From NCBI GenBank assembly GCA_964449545.1, contig CAYVBC010000003.1, forward strand, positions 1 to 33,567: a DNA stretch of 33,567 bases. Direction: 5' to 3'. The stretch comes from an uncultured Clostridia bacterium. Lineage in GTDB: Bacteria; Acidobacteriota; Aminicenantia; UBA2199. Positions 8,029-16,891 of the stretch are shown piece after piece. The stretch's first letter is position 1. Every line of letters begins with the position of its first letter. The notes below the pieces were generated by a model, which was not told the origin of the DNA, did no database searches, and saw only the letters and a program-made list of their open reading frames with translations. The position numbers and the translations under genes were made by a program.

Positions 8029-9315
8029 TCAGCCTTCCAGCTCGTACACCACCCGTCCGCCCACGATGGTGAATGCCACTTCCCCCACACCCTTCCAGTC
8101 CGCGAAGGGGCAGTTGCTCGCCTGGGATCGGAATGATTCCGTTTCGATGCGAAACCTGCGGTTCAGGTCCAGGATGGTCAGGTCCGCGGGGCATCCGATT
8201 TCCACCCTCCCGCGGTCATCCAGATGGAGAATGCGGGCCGGATTGGTGGACAGCAATTCCACCATCCTCTTGAGGGAGATGATATTGGTCCGTACAAGCC
8301 TGTCATACACCACCTTGACCGTTGATTCCAGCCCGATGACCCCAAAGGGAGCATACTCGAACTCCCGGTCCTTTTCATCACGGGTATGGGGAGCGTGATC
8401 GGAGGCGATGCAGTCTATCGTGCCGTCCGCCAGACCGTTGACCAGGGCCTTGCGATCCTCTTCCGTGCGCAATGGTGGTTTTACCTTGTATACCGTCTCG
8501 TAGGTGGTAATCTTTTCCTCGTTCAACAGCAGATGATGCGGTGTGGCATCCGCGGTAACCGGGACCTTCCTCTCCTTCGCGCTTCGAATCAGGTTCACGG
8601 AATGAGCCGTGGAGACATGGGTCAGGTGCAACTGGGAACGAATCCTCTCCTGCAGGATGATATCCCGGGAAACAATCACCTCTTCCGCCGCGTTCAGGAT
8701 GCCCCGCATTCCGTATTTGTACGAGATCAATCCCTCGTTCACCAGGCCCTCGCCGGTAATTGAATGGTCCTCCGGATGTTCGATGATGGGAACGTTCAAC
8801 ATTCGCGAATATTCAAGGGCTTTACGGATCAGATCCGCGCTCATGACGCAGCGGCCGTCATCAGAGAATCCCACTGCACCCCCGGACACCAGGTCCGCCA
8901 TTTCCGTGATATTTTCGCCCTCCAGGCCCCGTGAAATGGATGCCACGGGAAACACATTGGCCAGCCCCACCTTGCGGGACCGGGCAATAATGTATTCAGT
9001 CACGGAACGGTTGTCATTGACCGGAAGCGTGTTGGGCATACAGGCCACGGAGGTGAATCCACCATGGACGGCGGCTTCCACTCCGGATCGAATGGTTTCT
9101 TTATTTTCATATCCGGGTTCACGGAGATGGACATGCATATCGATAAATCCCGGACATACAACCAGTCCTGCGGCATCAATGACCCGCTCCGCGTCTGAGG
9201 AATCGATTCTCTGGGCGATCTCGGCGATCCTTCCATCGGAAATCAGGATATCTACCGTTTCATCCACACCATTTGCGGGATCCAGCAGTCCTCCGTTCTT
9301 AATGAGCAGCTTCAT
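8029..9315 (-). CDS. pyrC: Dihydroorotase
   Basis: Metal-binding motifs PGFIDMHVHLREPG and ASDHAPH, 428 aa, consistent with class I DHOase. Its start overlaps the pyrB stop. Confidence 0.93.
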   Translation of the reverse strand: MKLLIKNGGLLDPANGVDETVDILISDGRIAEIAQRIDSSDAERVIDAAGLVVCPGFIDMHVHLREPGYENKETIRSGVEAAVHGGFTSVACMPNTLPVNDNRSVTEYIIARSRKVGLANVFPVASISRGLEGENITEMADLVSGGAVGFSDDGRCVMSADLIRKALEYSRMLNVPIIEHPEDHSITGEGLVNEGLISYKYGMRGILNAAEEVIVSRDIILQERIRSQLHLTHVSTAHSVNLIRSAKERKVPVTADATPHHLLLNEEKITTYETVYKVKPPLRTEEDRKALVNGLADGTIDCIASDHAPHTRDEKDREFEYAPFGVIGLESTVKVVYDRLVRTNIISLKRMVELLSTNPARILHLDDRGRVEIGCPADLTILDLNRRFRIETESFRSQASNCPFADWKGVGEVAFTIVGGRVVYELEG

Positions 9316-10243
9316 TGATTTCTCCCTTCAGCAGATACAATACCGCCATCCGCACGGCGATCCCATTGCTGACCTGCTGGAGAATCACGGAACGGTCGGA
9401 ATCCGCCAACGAGGTTTCGATCTCCACATCCCGGTTCATGGGACCGGGGTGCATGATGATTGCATTCGGCTTCGCGGTGGCAAACACCTCTGGTGTGATT
9501 TCATACAGTTTGCGATACTCGCGGATCGAAGGAAAATAATTCCCGGCTCCCCGCTCTTCCTGGACCCTCAGCATCATGACGGCGTCCACACCCCGGACAC
9601 CGGTTCTCAGATCATTAAACACCTTCCCACCCATCCGGGTGAATTCGCGAGGCACCAGGCTGGGAGGTCCGATGAGATGAACATCATTTCCCATCTTGCT
9701 GTGCAGAATCAGGTTGGAGCGCGCCACCCTGGAATGGAGGATGTCCCCCACGATTGCGATCTTCAATTTGCGAATGGTTCCGAAGTTCTGTCGGATGGTA
9801 AGCGCGTCCAGCAGGGCCTGGGTGGGATGCTCATGAAAGCCGTCTCCCGCGTTTACAATGGAGGAACGGGCGAATGTGGTCAGGTACTTCGGTGAACCCG
9901 CGGCCCGGTGCCGGATCACAATAATCTGGGGGTTCATGGCCTCCAGGGTGAGGACCGTGTCTTTCAGAGACTCGCCCTTTTTCAGGCTGGAAACAGATGA
10001 ATTGAAATTGATGAGATCCGCACTGAGGCGTTTGGCCGCGATCTCAAAGGAGCTGCGGGTCCGCGTGGAGTTTTCAAAAAAAAGATTCACCACGGTTTTT
10101 CCTTTCAGGGCGGGCACTTTCTTGATATTGCGTGTGGACACTTCCACGAATGATTCCGCCGTATCCAGGATCAGGTCGATATCACCCGCGCTGAGGTGTT
10201 CGATGCCCAGCAGGTGTCGCTGATTGAACTTTTGTGCACTCAT
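9299..10243 (-). CDS. pyrB: Aspartate carbamoyltransferase catalytic subunit
   Basis: Motifs FENSTRTRSSFE, HEHPTQALLD and MHPGPMNRDVEI. Confidence 0.95.
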   Translation of the reverse strand: MSAQKFNQRHLLGIEHLSAGDIDLILDTAESFVEVSTRNIKKVPALKGKTVVNLFFENSTRTRSSFEIAAKRLSADLINFNSSVSSLKKGESLKDTVLTLEAMNPQIIVIRHRAAGSPKYLTTFARSSIVNAGDGFHEHPTQALLDALTIRQNFGTIRKLKIAIVGDILHSRVARSNLILHSKMGNDVHLIGPPSLVPREFTRMGGKVFNDLRTGVRGVDAVMMLRVQEERGAGNYFPSIREYRKLYEITPEVFATAKPNAIIMHPGPMNRDVEIETSLADSDRSVILQQVSNGIAVRMAVLYLLKGEINEAAH

Positions 10244-10795
10244 CTAAAACCTCGTGGGTTCCATGATCAGCACCTGGTCTGAGCCTTCTATTTCCGACAG
10301 CATTACATTGACCCTTTCGCGCCGCGCGGTTGGAAGGTATTTTCCTTTAAAGTCAGGGCATATCGGCAATTCCCGATGACCACGGTCAATAAAAACAGCC
10401 AGTTGGATGGAAGCCGGTCGGCCCAGTTCAAAGATGGAATCCATGGCGGCGCGAATGGTGCGTCCGGTAAAAACCACATCGTCAATCAGAATAATATCAC
10501 GGTCTTCAACGGAAAAGCCGATCTCCGTTTTCTGAACACGCGGATGATCCTCCTGAAGATGCAGGTCATCCCGGAACAGGGTGATATCCAGAACACCGAG
10601 GGGTAGGTCCACGCCCTCCATTTCATGGATCAGGGAACGGATCCGTTGCGCGACGAAAACACCTTTTGACTGGATACCGATTAAAGCCATTTTGTCGGCA
10701 TCTCGATTCCGTTCCAGGATCTCCATGGCCATGCGCGAGAAAGCCCGCTGCATTTTCTTGGAATCCATGATTTTCGCTTTGGTTTTTTCCTCCAT
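10244..10795 (-). CDS. pyrR: Bifunctional pyrimidine operon regulator / uracil phosphoribosyltransferase PyrR
   Basis: 183 aa with PRPP-binding motif ILIDDVVFTGRTIRAA. Its stop directly abuts the pyrB ATG. SD AAGGAG lies upstream. Confidence 0.92.
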   Translation of the reverse strand: MEEKTKAKIMDSKKMQRAFSRMAMEILERNRDADKMALIGIQSKGVFVAQRIRSLIHEMEGVDLPLGVLDITLFRDDLHLQEDHPRVQKTEIGFSVEDRDIILIDDVVFTGRTIRAAMDSIFELGRPASIQLAVFIDRGHRELPICPDFKGKYLPTARRERVNVMLSEIEGSDQVLIMEPTRF

Positions 10796-10843
10796 TCCAA
10801 CTCCTTAAAATGATTCAATTTTCATCGGAACATTACCACGCCC

Positions 10844-11401
10844 CTATCCCTTTGTCAACGCGGCTCCAGGGGTGTCCGACTCCCGGATCTGGGCCCGGAT
10901 CCGTGCCCGTAAGGTTGAAAAAAATGCGACATATTCAGGTTTCCGGAAATCAGGATAGGTCCATTCCAGGAAACGCATCCCCCCACCCTTCGCAATATAT
11001 TCCAGATGGGCGTACACACCATCCCTCAGGGGGATTCGATGGCCATGATTCTTAGCCGTCGCGATCACAACTTTAGCTGTGGAGATGTAACCGGGATCAA
11101 GGTTTACCTGTCGTTTCCCCATTTGAGACATCTCCTGTTCCAGGGTCTGGGTAAGCTGTTTGGCATCCGGCAGGAAAGTCGGATCCAGTAGATCCCTGAA
11201 CGCGAAGAAGCGTCGATACAGTGGCGTACCCATCTCCTGTTCATAATAATCCGTACAATCAAATTCAAAGGATTCGGATTCCATATCCACGGCGGAATAA
11301 CGAGCCTCAATCCGTGAAAGGGCTTCCCGGGCAATCCCTTCATCCGCATAGATCATCCCACAGAAAAACTTGACTTCCGGAAACGGCAGCATCTCCGACA
11401 T
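10844..11401 (-). CDS. DUF4416-family protein (uncharacterised)
   Basis: 185 aa: KFFCGMIY..YYEQEMG..LYRRFFAF..NLDPGYIS..KVVIATAKNHGHRIPL. The call rests on recollection of the DUF4416 family pattern, and no function is known. Confidence 0.55.
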   Translation of the reverse strand: MSEMLPFPEVKFFCGMIYADEGIAREALSRIEARYSAVDMESESFEFDCTDYYEQEMGTPLYRRFFAFRDLLDPTFLPDAKQLTQTLEQEMSQMGKRQVNLDPGYISTAKVVIATAKNHGHRIPLRDGVYAHLEYIAKGGGMRFLEWTYPDFRKPEYVAFFSTLRARIRAQIRESDTPGAALTKG

Positions 11402-11414
11402 GATCGGGGGCCGC

Positions 11415-13688
11415 CTATCGAGAAAGGGTCAACAGCAGGTGTCCATTTATGAATGCCGCGATCCACTTCCCCTCCGGGGATATTGCATGTAATGCCCCTT
11501 CCAGACTGATCCCCCGGTATTCGGCTGTGCCATCCTCTCCGATTCCCATCATTTCCCCGTCATATGTCAGGACATTGATTCCATCTATCAGGGTTCCATC
11601 CAACAGGCGGGTGATGTTTCCCAGAGAGGAAAAATCCTTTTTAATATAGGGAGAAAGATGGACATGAGACAGTCTTGTTTCCGTCGCGTGAAGACGGTTG
11701 CCCCGTTCCCGCAACAGGAACAGATCCCGCCAATCCGACAGGATCAGTGTATCCACGATTCCGTAGCCCATCACCTGGTACAACCGGGTTACGTAGTCAT
11801 AAAGAATGGCTTCCCGGTCACGATCATGGGTCACAAAGAAAATTCGATTGTGTCGGGGAGAAAAACCCCTGACATCCACATCGGCAAAAGATTTTTCTCC
11901 CAGAAACATCGATTGGTCGCAACTGATTTCACGCTTATTTTCCGTGTCGAATATCACTCCCTTAAAAGAGTTCTCCAGGTCCGCCATATAAACCAGAACC
12001 GTATGGCCATCCTCAGCCGGTATAACCCGGACTACCTCAGGTGAAGAGATATCGAACCCCTGCCCTCGGGTGATCATCCTCTCGATCTTTCTGCTTTCTC
12101 GAAGAGCTTGCTGTACCAGGCGATACCGTTTCCAGGCCGGGATTGGCACTGTATCCAGCATCTGGGAGGATTTCAGGGTGGACCATCGCCGCGAACGGGT
12201 ATTCAGCATGAACACGGAAAAGGGACAGTTGGGATAGAGAGAGGTCTTACTTCCATACTGGGAGGTAATGGAGAAAGGAGACTCGAAAGCCAGTTTTTCC
12301 AGCCTGGCATCCGTGACTGTAATCAGCGTGGAATTGTGATTGACTCCCAGAATCAGGCTTGGGAACGGCAATGGGCGCGGAGTCAGAAGGGAAGCACGGA
12401 ACCGGCTCCCGGATCCGGTCAGGTGATAGAGATATGTTTTCTCTCCCCCCACCTCCGCCGTGGAAAAGAAGATCGGACCATCCACTTTCGGGGTATGAAA
12501 ATCGATAAAACGGCCGCGGTATCCCAGAGAGCCGGTGATGCGATTCTTAACGGGATCCACACCGTAGAGTCGTTCCCCCTCCCCGCTTCGTTGTTGTCCA
12601 ACCATGAACAGATGGTCTACTCCCGCCCAGCATAGCTTGCGCACGGCGAAAAAGCGCATCCGGCTCAATGGGGACGGAGTTTCCATGCCGGGCCAGACCT
12701 GTTCCATCTCTCCCGCCGTACTACCGCTCCACAGTGCGCGCCGCTTCCAGTGGAGGGCTTTTTCCGGATCTCCCTTGGAAAAATGGATACAGTATTCTCC
12801 CATCAGGAGATTCACCTCAGCATTCCAGGGAAGCTCCCGGAACAGGCGATACAGTAACGGCCGGGCCCTGCGATAATCCTTGAGTGCCATCAGTACCCGG
12901 ACATATGTTTTCAGATAATCCTCGCTGAATTCCTTGAATTTCAGTTTATTCAATATGAGAAGTGCTTCACGATATTGTTTCCGGGCATAAAAATAGCGGG
13001 CTCGCAGTATGTTCAGATTCCGGTGATCCGGGGCCAGTTCAACCGCCGTTTGAATGTAATCCTTCGCGGAATCGATATGACCGGCATCCACCATGGCCCA
13101 TGCGGTCAGGTAATTGAAATGAAAATTGTCCGGATACCGATCCGCTTCCTCCCTGATCAGTACTTCCGCTTCCTGAGGTTCTTTGTTTTGGATTTTCAGC
13201 TTCGCCAGCAGGATCTTCACCTCAGCGACTCCGGAAAGGGAGAGCGCTCTTTCCAGGTGCGCCTTGGCCGTTGGATAGTTCCCACGGGTCATGTACTGGA
13301 ACCCCAGGCTCAGGCTTGCCGGTGCAAATCCGGGATGCAGTCGTATCGCCCTTTCCAGGTTATCCAGGGTGGTGGAATTCTTCGCCCCCCGTGTGGAGAG
13401 GGCAATTCCCACCAGTGCCTTGGCGGATCTGTGGTTGATATCCAGATAGGATTTGAAACGCCGCGTCGCATCCCAGTCCTTCCCTTCCAGAAGGAGCATA
13501 TACCCCTGCCGGATCTGGGGTCGGGGAACCAGGCGGAAATATTTCTCCAGATGTACACGGGCATTCGGGATATCATCCATGTGGAAATAAACAAGTCCGC
13601 GAATAAATTCATCATCACTCACGGCAGCCGATGAAATGGCCGGAAGCATCCATATCAGCCCCAATACCCATATTACCCATCTCTTCAT
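11415..13688 (-). CDS. Secreted TPR-repeat protein with uncharacterised beta-rich C-terminal region
   Basis: Start preferred at ATG 13688 (SD AAGGAGAG), giving the signal-like N-terminus MKRWVIWVLGLIWMLPAISSAAV. The next ~330 aa contain TPR-like helical repeats. The remaining ~420 aa have no recognisable motif. Confidence 0.65.
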   Translation of the reverse strand: MKRWVIWVLGLIWMLPAISSAAVSDDEFIRGLVYFHMDDIPNARVHLEKYFRLVPRPQIRQGYMLLLEGKDWDATRRFKSYLDINHRSAKALVGIALSTRGAKNSTTLDNLERAIRLHPGFAPASLSLGFQYMTRGNYPTAKAHLERALSLSGVAEVKILLAKLKIQNKEPQEAEVLIREEADRYPDNFHFNYLTAWAMVDAGHIDSAKDYIQTAVELAPDHRNLNILRARYFYARKQYREALLILNKLKFKEFSEDYLKTYVRVLMALKDYRRARPLLYRLFRELPWNAEVNLLMGEYCIHFSKGDPEKALHWKRRALWSGSTAGEMEQVWPGMETPSPLSRMRFFAVRKLCWAGVDHLFMVGQQRSGEGERLYGVDPVKNRITGSLGYRGRFIDFHTPKVDGPIFFSTAEVGGEKTYLYHLTGSGSRFRASLLTPRPLPFPSLILGVNHNSTLITVTDARLEKLAFESPFSITSQYGSKTSLYPNCPFSVFMLNTRSRRWSTLKSSQMLDTVPIPAWKRYRLVQQALRESRKIERMITRGQGFDISSPEVVRVIPAEDGHTVLVYMADLENSFKGVIFDTENKREISCDQSMFLGEKSFADVDVRGFSPRHNRIFFVTHDRDREAILYDYVTRLYQVMGYGIVDTLILSDWRDLFLLRERGNRLHATETRLSHVHLSPYIKKDFSSLGNITRLLDGTLIDGINVLTYDGEMMGIGEDGTAEYRGISLEGALHAISPEGKWIAAFINGHLLLTLSR

Positions 13689-13726
13689 AACGGCTCTCTC
13701 CTTAACGATGCGACTCAGTACCGGGA

Positions 13727-13735
13727 TTATATCAA
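13727..13735 (-). promoter_or_regulatory. Candidate extended -10 element (TGATATAAT) upstream of the TPR gene
   Basis: Minus-strand TGaTATAAT lies in the 93-nt nadK-TPR spacer, embedded in the imperfect hairpin TACCGGAT..ATCCCGGTA. Confidence 0.35.
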
Positions 13736-13781
13736 ATCCGGTATGTTTCCACCTGTATCGTATTCCCTGCATACCATGGAA

Positions 13782-14639
13782 TCAGAAACATTTCTGGAAG
13801 CCCCAGTTGAGCTTTTCAGCCAGCAGACCGAAATAATTCATCTCCGGTGATTCGACGATACGCAGGGGTTTCACGTCCACCCCCACGCTGAAGGATTCGC
13901 CGGAATCCAGCGGAATCATATGCTGGCCATCAATGGTGACAAAGACCTGGTTGTCCGCGGACCCCTGTTTTACCGTCAGGGTTAACCGGTCGGGAACCAC
14001 CAGCGGTCTCAGGGTCAGAGAGTGGGCGCATATGGGAGTCACCACCAGAGCGTTTACCTCCGGGTTCACAATGGGGCCTCCGGCGGAAAGAGAATATGCC
14101 GTGGAACCCGTTGGCGTGGCGATAATCAGACCGTCCGCACGGATGTGAGCGATACGGGATCCGTTGACTCCCAGTTCCAACTGGATAATCCGGGCAATAT
14201 TCCCCTTGGATGCCACGACATCGTTCAGCGCCAGGTGGGTGTGCCCCGCTATTTCCACATGCAGCACCTTGCGTTCGGAAATATTCATCCCCCCGGTAAA
14301 CAGTTTTCTCAGGCTGTCCGCAAGGGAATCGGTCCGCAACTCCGTGAGAAAGCCGAGTGTTCCCATGTTGAACCCGGCAATGGGAACCCCGAGGCGCACC
14401 GCGTCCGCGGCCACTGAGAGAAACGTACCGTCTCCGCCGATGACGACAATGACATCACTGTTTTCGGCCACTTCCCGACGGGAAACCCCGTCTTTACGTC
14501 CCAGGACTCCGGCGGCTTCATGACCCAGAACAGGATTCACGCCCATTTCCGCGCAAACCGCAAGGGCGTTCCGAAGATACGGCGCCCCCTTTGGATGAGG
14601 TTTGGCAACGATTCCAGCGTTTTTAATCCGTAACGACAT
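13782..14639 (-). CDS. nadK: NAD kinase
   Basis: GGDGT motif (VIVVIGGDGTFL), NDVV, and 285 aa length. Confidence 0.9.
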   Translation of the reverse strand: MSLRIKNAGIVAKPHPKGAPYLRNALAVCAEMGVNPVLGHEAAGVLGRKDGVSRREVAENSDVIVVIGGDGTFLSVAADAVRLGVPIAGFNMGTLGFLTELRTDSLADSLRKLFTGGMNISERKVLHVEIAGHTHLALNDVVASKGNIARIIQLELGVNGSRIAHIRADGLIIATPTGSTAYSLSAGGPIVNPEVNALVVTPICAHSLTLRPLVVPDRLTLTVKQGSADNQVFVTIDGQHMIPLDSGESFSVGVDVKPLRIVESPEMNYFGLLAEKLNWGFQKCF

Positions 14640-15408
14640 CTGTCAGTATTGTATCACTCACTCCAGGTTCTTTTCCATATTCCAGACGGAAAAAATATTC
14701 CTGGTTTCCCCTGCGCCCCCGGACACCCGCCGGGCACACCCCGGTAACCACCCAATGCAGCTCCAGTAATGCATTCCGGATTCTCAGGAGTATCCGCGCC
14801 CGCTCCTCCGCGCTACGGATGACACCGCCCTTGTGTACCTGGTGACGCTCCGCCTCGAACTGGGGCTTGACCATGCAAAGAATAACGGCCCCCGGCCAGG
14901 CGGAAAGGGCCGGTATCACTTTTGTCACGGAGATGAAGGAAAGATCCATGGTGATAATCTGTGGGTCCGGGGTAACCTCGGCAGCGGTCAGACTGCGGGC
15001 ATTCCGCTTCACCAGGGTCACCCGGGGATCATTGCGAAGTTTGTCATTCACCTGGTTGATGTTCACATCCACACCGATCACCCGAACCGCACCGCATTGC
15101 AGCATGAGGTCGGCAAATCCACCATTGGAGATCCCGATATCCAGAACCACTTTCCCCTCCGGTTCAATGTGGAATTCATCCAATGCGCGCCTCAGTTTGA
15201 ACGCCCCGCGGGACACATAGGGGTACCGAGCCTGAATTTCCACATTGTCGGAAGAGTGCACACGCTTGTCCGCGCGATCACAGCGTTCCCCGTTGATCCG
15301 CACCTCTCCGGCCATGATCAGTGCCTGGGCTTTCTCCCTGGAAACGGCCAGACCCCGGCTGACCAGTTCCACATCCAGGCGATTCATGTTTCGAGAGGTT
15401 CGCGTCAT
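14623..15408 (-). CDS. tlyA: TlyA-family 16S/23S rRNA (cytidine-2'-O)-methyltransferase
   Basis: S4 domain RLDVELVSRGLAVSREKAQALIMAGEVRING plus SAM-MTase motif VVLDIGISNGGFADL. The ATG at 15408 forms an ATGA overlap with the stop of the upstream gene. Confidence 0.85.
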   Translation of the reverse strand: MTRTSRNMNRLDVELVSRGLAVSREKAQALIMAGEVRINGERCDRADKRVHSSDNVEIQARYPYVSRGAFKLRRALDEFHIEPEGKVVLDIGISNGGFADLMLQCGAVRVIGVDVNINQVNDKLRNDPRVTLVKRNARSLTAAEVTPDPQIITMDLSFISVTKVIPALSAWPGAVILCMVKPQFEAERHQVHKGGVIRSAEERARILLRIRNALLELHWVVTGVCPAGVRGRRGNQEYFFRLEYGKEPGVSDTILTDVVTD

Positions 15409-16034
15409 GAATGCGGTTCCCTTGAAACCGCTGTGTTGAAGTCGGGAATCCCAAAACGATTCCACAGGTAATTTCCCCGGTATGCCTGTTCCACTCTCGC
15501 TTTTCTCAGCTCAGGGGAAAGGTTGAGCATGAAGGTCCGAACTCGGGTTTCCAATTCCTTTTCCCCGGAAAATCGCTCAGCCAATGCCCGCCGCAATCCA
15601 GGAACATCCACCTCTCTCCCATTGAGGCGGTCGGAGGCAGCAGCGGCAAAAAGAGGTTTCAGACCAGCGATTTCAACAGGGAAGCGCTTCATGAATTCCT
15701 CTACCGGGTCCAACGTGGATTCCGCAGGAGGCGGGCCGCCGATCTCCCTTTCCAGCCAGGCGGAATACTGCTTACGAACTTCATAGCGAAAATTGGCAAA
15801 GGAGACCAACGGCTGTTTTCTCCGGACACGACGCTCAACCACATTGTCAAATGCCATTCGAATAACCTTTTCGGGTATCCGTTTCTCCCACCAGGAATAC
15901 AGCTGGTCGAAGTCGCCACTGGAGACAAAGAACCGGACCCCATGCCTCCGGGACAGGTATTCAATGAGATGGATGATATATGTGTAATCCCGGTCTTCCG
16001 TCATGGGCTTCACCGGGATATCTCTGCCGGCCAT
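15405..16034 (-). CDS. Hypothetical protein (no recognisable family)
   Basis: A 209-aa ORF in an operon between coaX and tlyA. It is coupled by an ATGA overlap downstream and overlaps the coaX end by 25 nt if it starts at 16034. An alternative ATG is at 16004. Confidence 0.5.
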   Translation of the reverse strand: MAGRDIPVKPMTEDRDYTYIIHLIEYLSRRHGVRFFVSSGDFDQLYSWWEKRIPEKVIRMAFDNVVERRVRRKQPLVSFANFRYEVRKQYSAWLEREIGGPPPAESTLDPVEEFMKRFPVEIAGLKPLFAAAASDRLNGREVDVPGLRRALAERFSGEKELETRVRTFMLNLSPELRKARVEQAYRGNYLWNRFGIPDFNTAVSREPHS

Positions 16035-16774
16035 TGGGCGTGAATCCGCCTCAAACCATGGTGAACCAGGTCAGGCTCATATCGATGAATCAGTTTCAGT
16101 CTGTCCCGGAAGTATTCGATGGCGCCGCCTGTCGCGATGATCCGGGTATCCGGGCCCAATTGCCGCATGTACTCCCGGATCAGGAGTTCCATCCCTCCCA
16201 GGTGGCTGTAATACACCCCGGACCGGATACAATCCGCCGTGTTCCTCCCCAGGGGAGACCGTGGAATGGTGAATTCCACCTTTTCCAGGCGTGCCGCGTG
16301 ACGGGACAGGGAACGAATGGAGATCTCTACGCCGGGAATAATCACCCCCCCGCAGTATCGGTAGTCCCCATCCAGTACATCCAGTGTCAACGCGGTACCG
16401 GAATCAATCACGATGCAGGGCGGGCTGACGAATTCAAGAGCTCCCATCACATCCGCGATGCGATCCGCACCCACCTCTTCCGGATGATCGATGTCCAGAG
16501 TGATTTCCAATGGAGTCCGGTGATCCAGAAAACGAGGGTTCAAACCCGTTTCCCTTTTAATGAATTGAAGCAGATCCGAATCGAGTCGGGGGACAACGGA
16601 TGAGATCATAACCGCGTCTATCTCTTTCTGAAGTCCCCATTTCTTCAACGAGATCCATGGGCCTTCGGCACCCGGAAGGGGGGTTGAAAACCGAAGTCGG
16701 GAGGTGAGCGTACCCCCCTGAAATAGAGCCGCACCAACAGCCGTGTTGCCGATATCCACAGTTAGAATCATCAT
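16010..16774 (-). CDS. coaX: Type III pantothenate kinase
   Basis: MMILTVDIGNT N-terminal phosphate motif, GADRIADV, and 254 aa length. Confidence 0.9.
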   Translation of the reverse strand: MMILTVDIGNTAVGAALFQGGTLTSRLRFSTPLPGAEGPWISLKKWGLQKEIDAVMISSVVPRLDSDLLQFIKRETGLNPRFLDHRTPLEITLDIDHPEEVGADRIADVMGALEFVSPPCIVIDSGTALTLDVLDGDYRYCGGVIIPGVEISIRSLSRHAARLEKVEFTIPRSPLGRNTADCIRSGVYYSHLGGMELLIREYMRQLGPDTRIIATGGAIEYFRDRLKLIHRYEPDLVHHGLRRIHAQWPAEISR

Positions 16775-16778
16775 GTCG

Positions 16779-16807
16779 ATTATAGATCAAATGGGCGCCC
16801 ATTTCAA
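16779..16807 (-). promoter_or_regulatory. Near-consensus sigma70 promoter (TTGAAA-17-TATAAT) ending 4 nt before the coaX ATG
   Basis: On the minus strand, TTGAAA (16807-16802), a 17-nt spacer and TATAAT (16784-16779), followed by cgac and ATGATG. No SD is present, which implies a leaderless transcript. Confidence 0.5.
16789..16804. promoter_or_regulatory. Perfect 16-bp palindrome AAATGGGCGCCCATTT inside the coaX promoter spacer/-35
   Basis: Read directly from the sequence and self-complementary over all 16 positions. It lies in the divergent coaX / small-ORF-apbE intergenic region. Confidence 0.6.
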
Positions 16808-16891
16808 AACCGATTCACTTGAAGTCACGAAACAAATATGAAATAATGTTTCCGGTTCAACGGGAATCGAGAAACTTTCAAAGAGGCCCAG

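Noticed and set aside
8609-9895. A very long antisense ORF (428 aa) opposite pyrC/pyrB. Similar shadow ORFs occur at 24890-25849, 19702-20586, 6753-7526, 26321-27079, 31248-31994, 12975-13634, 14833-15471 and 15980-16603.
   Set aside because: Each lies fully opposite a gene with unmistakable family motifs. Their translations are Ser/Arg/Pro/Gly-rich with no recognisable motifs or SD. This is typical of stop-codon-depleted antisense frames of biased coding sequence.
10796-10843. A search for a PyrR-binding attenuator loop (UCCAGAGAGG-type) upstream of pyrR.
   Set aside because: The 48-nt spacer contains only an SD. It holds no match to the binding-loop consensus and no terminator/antiterminator pair.
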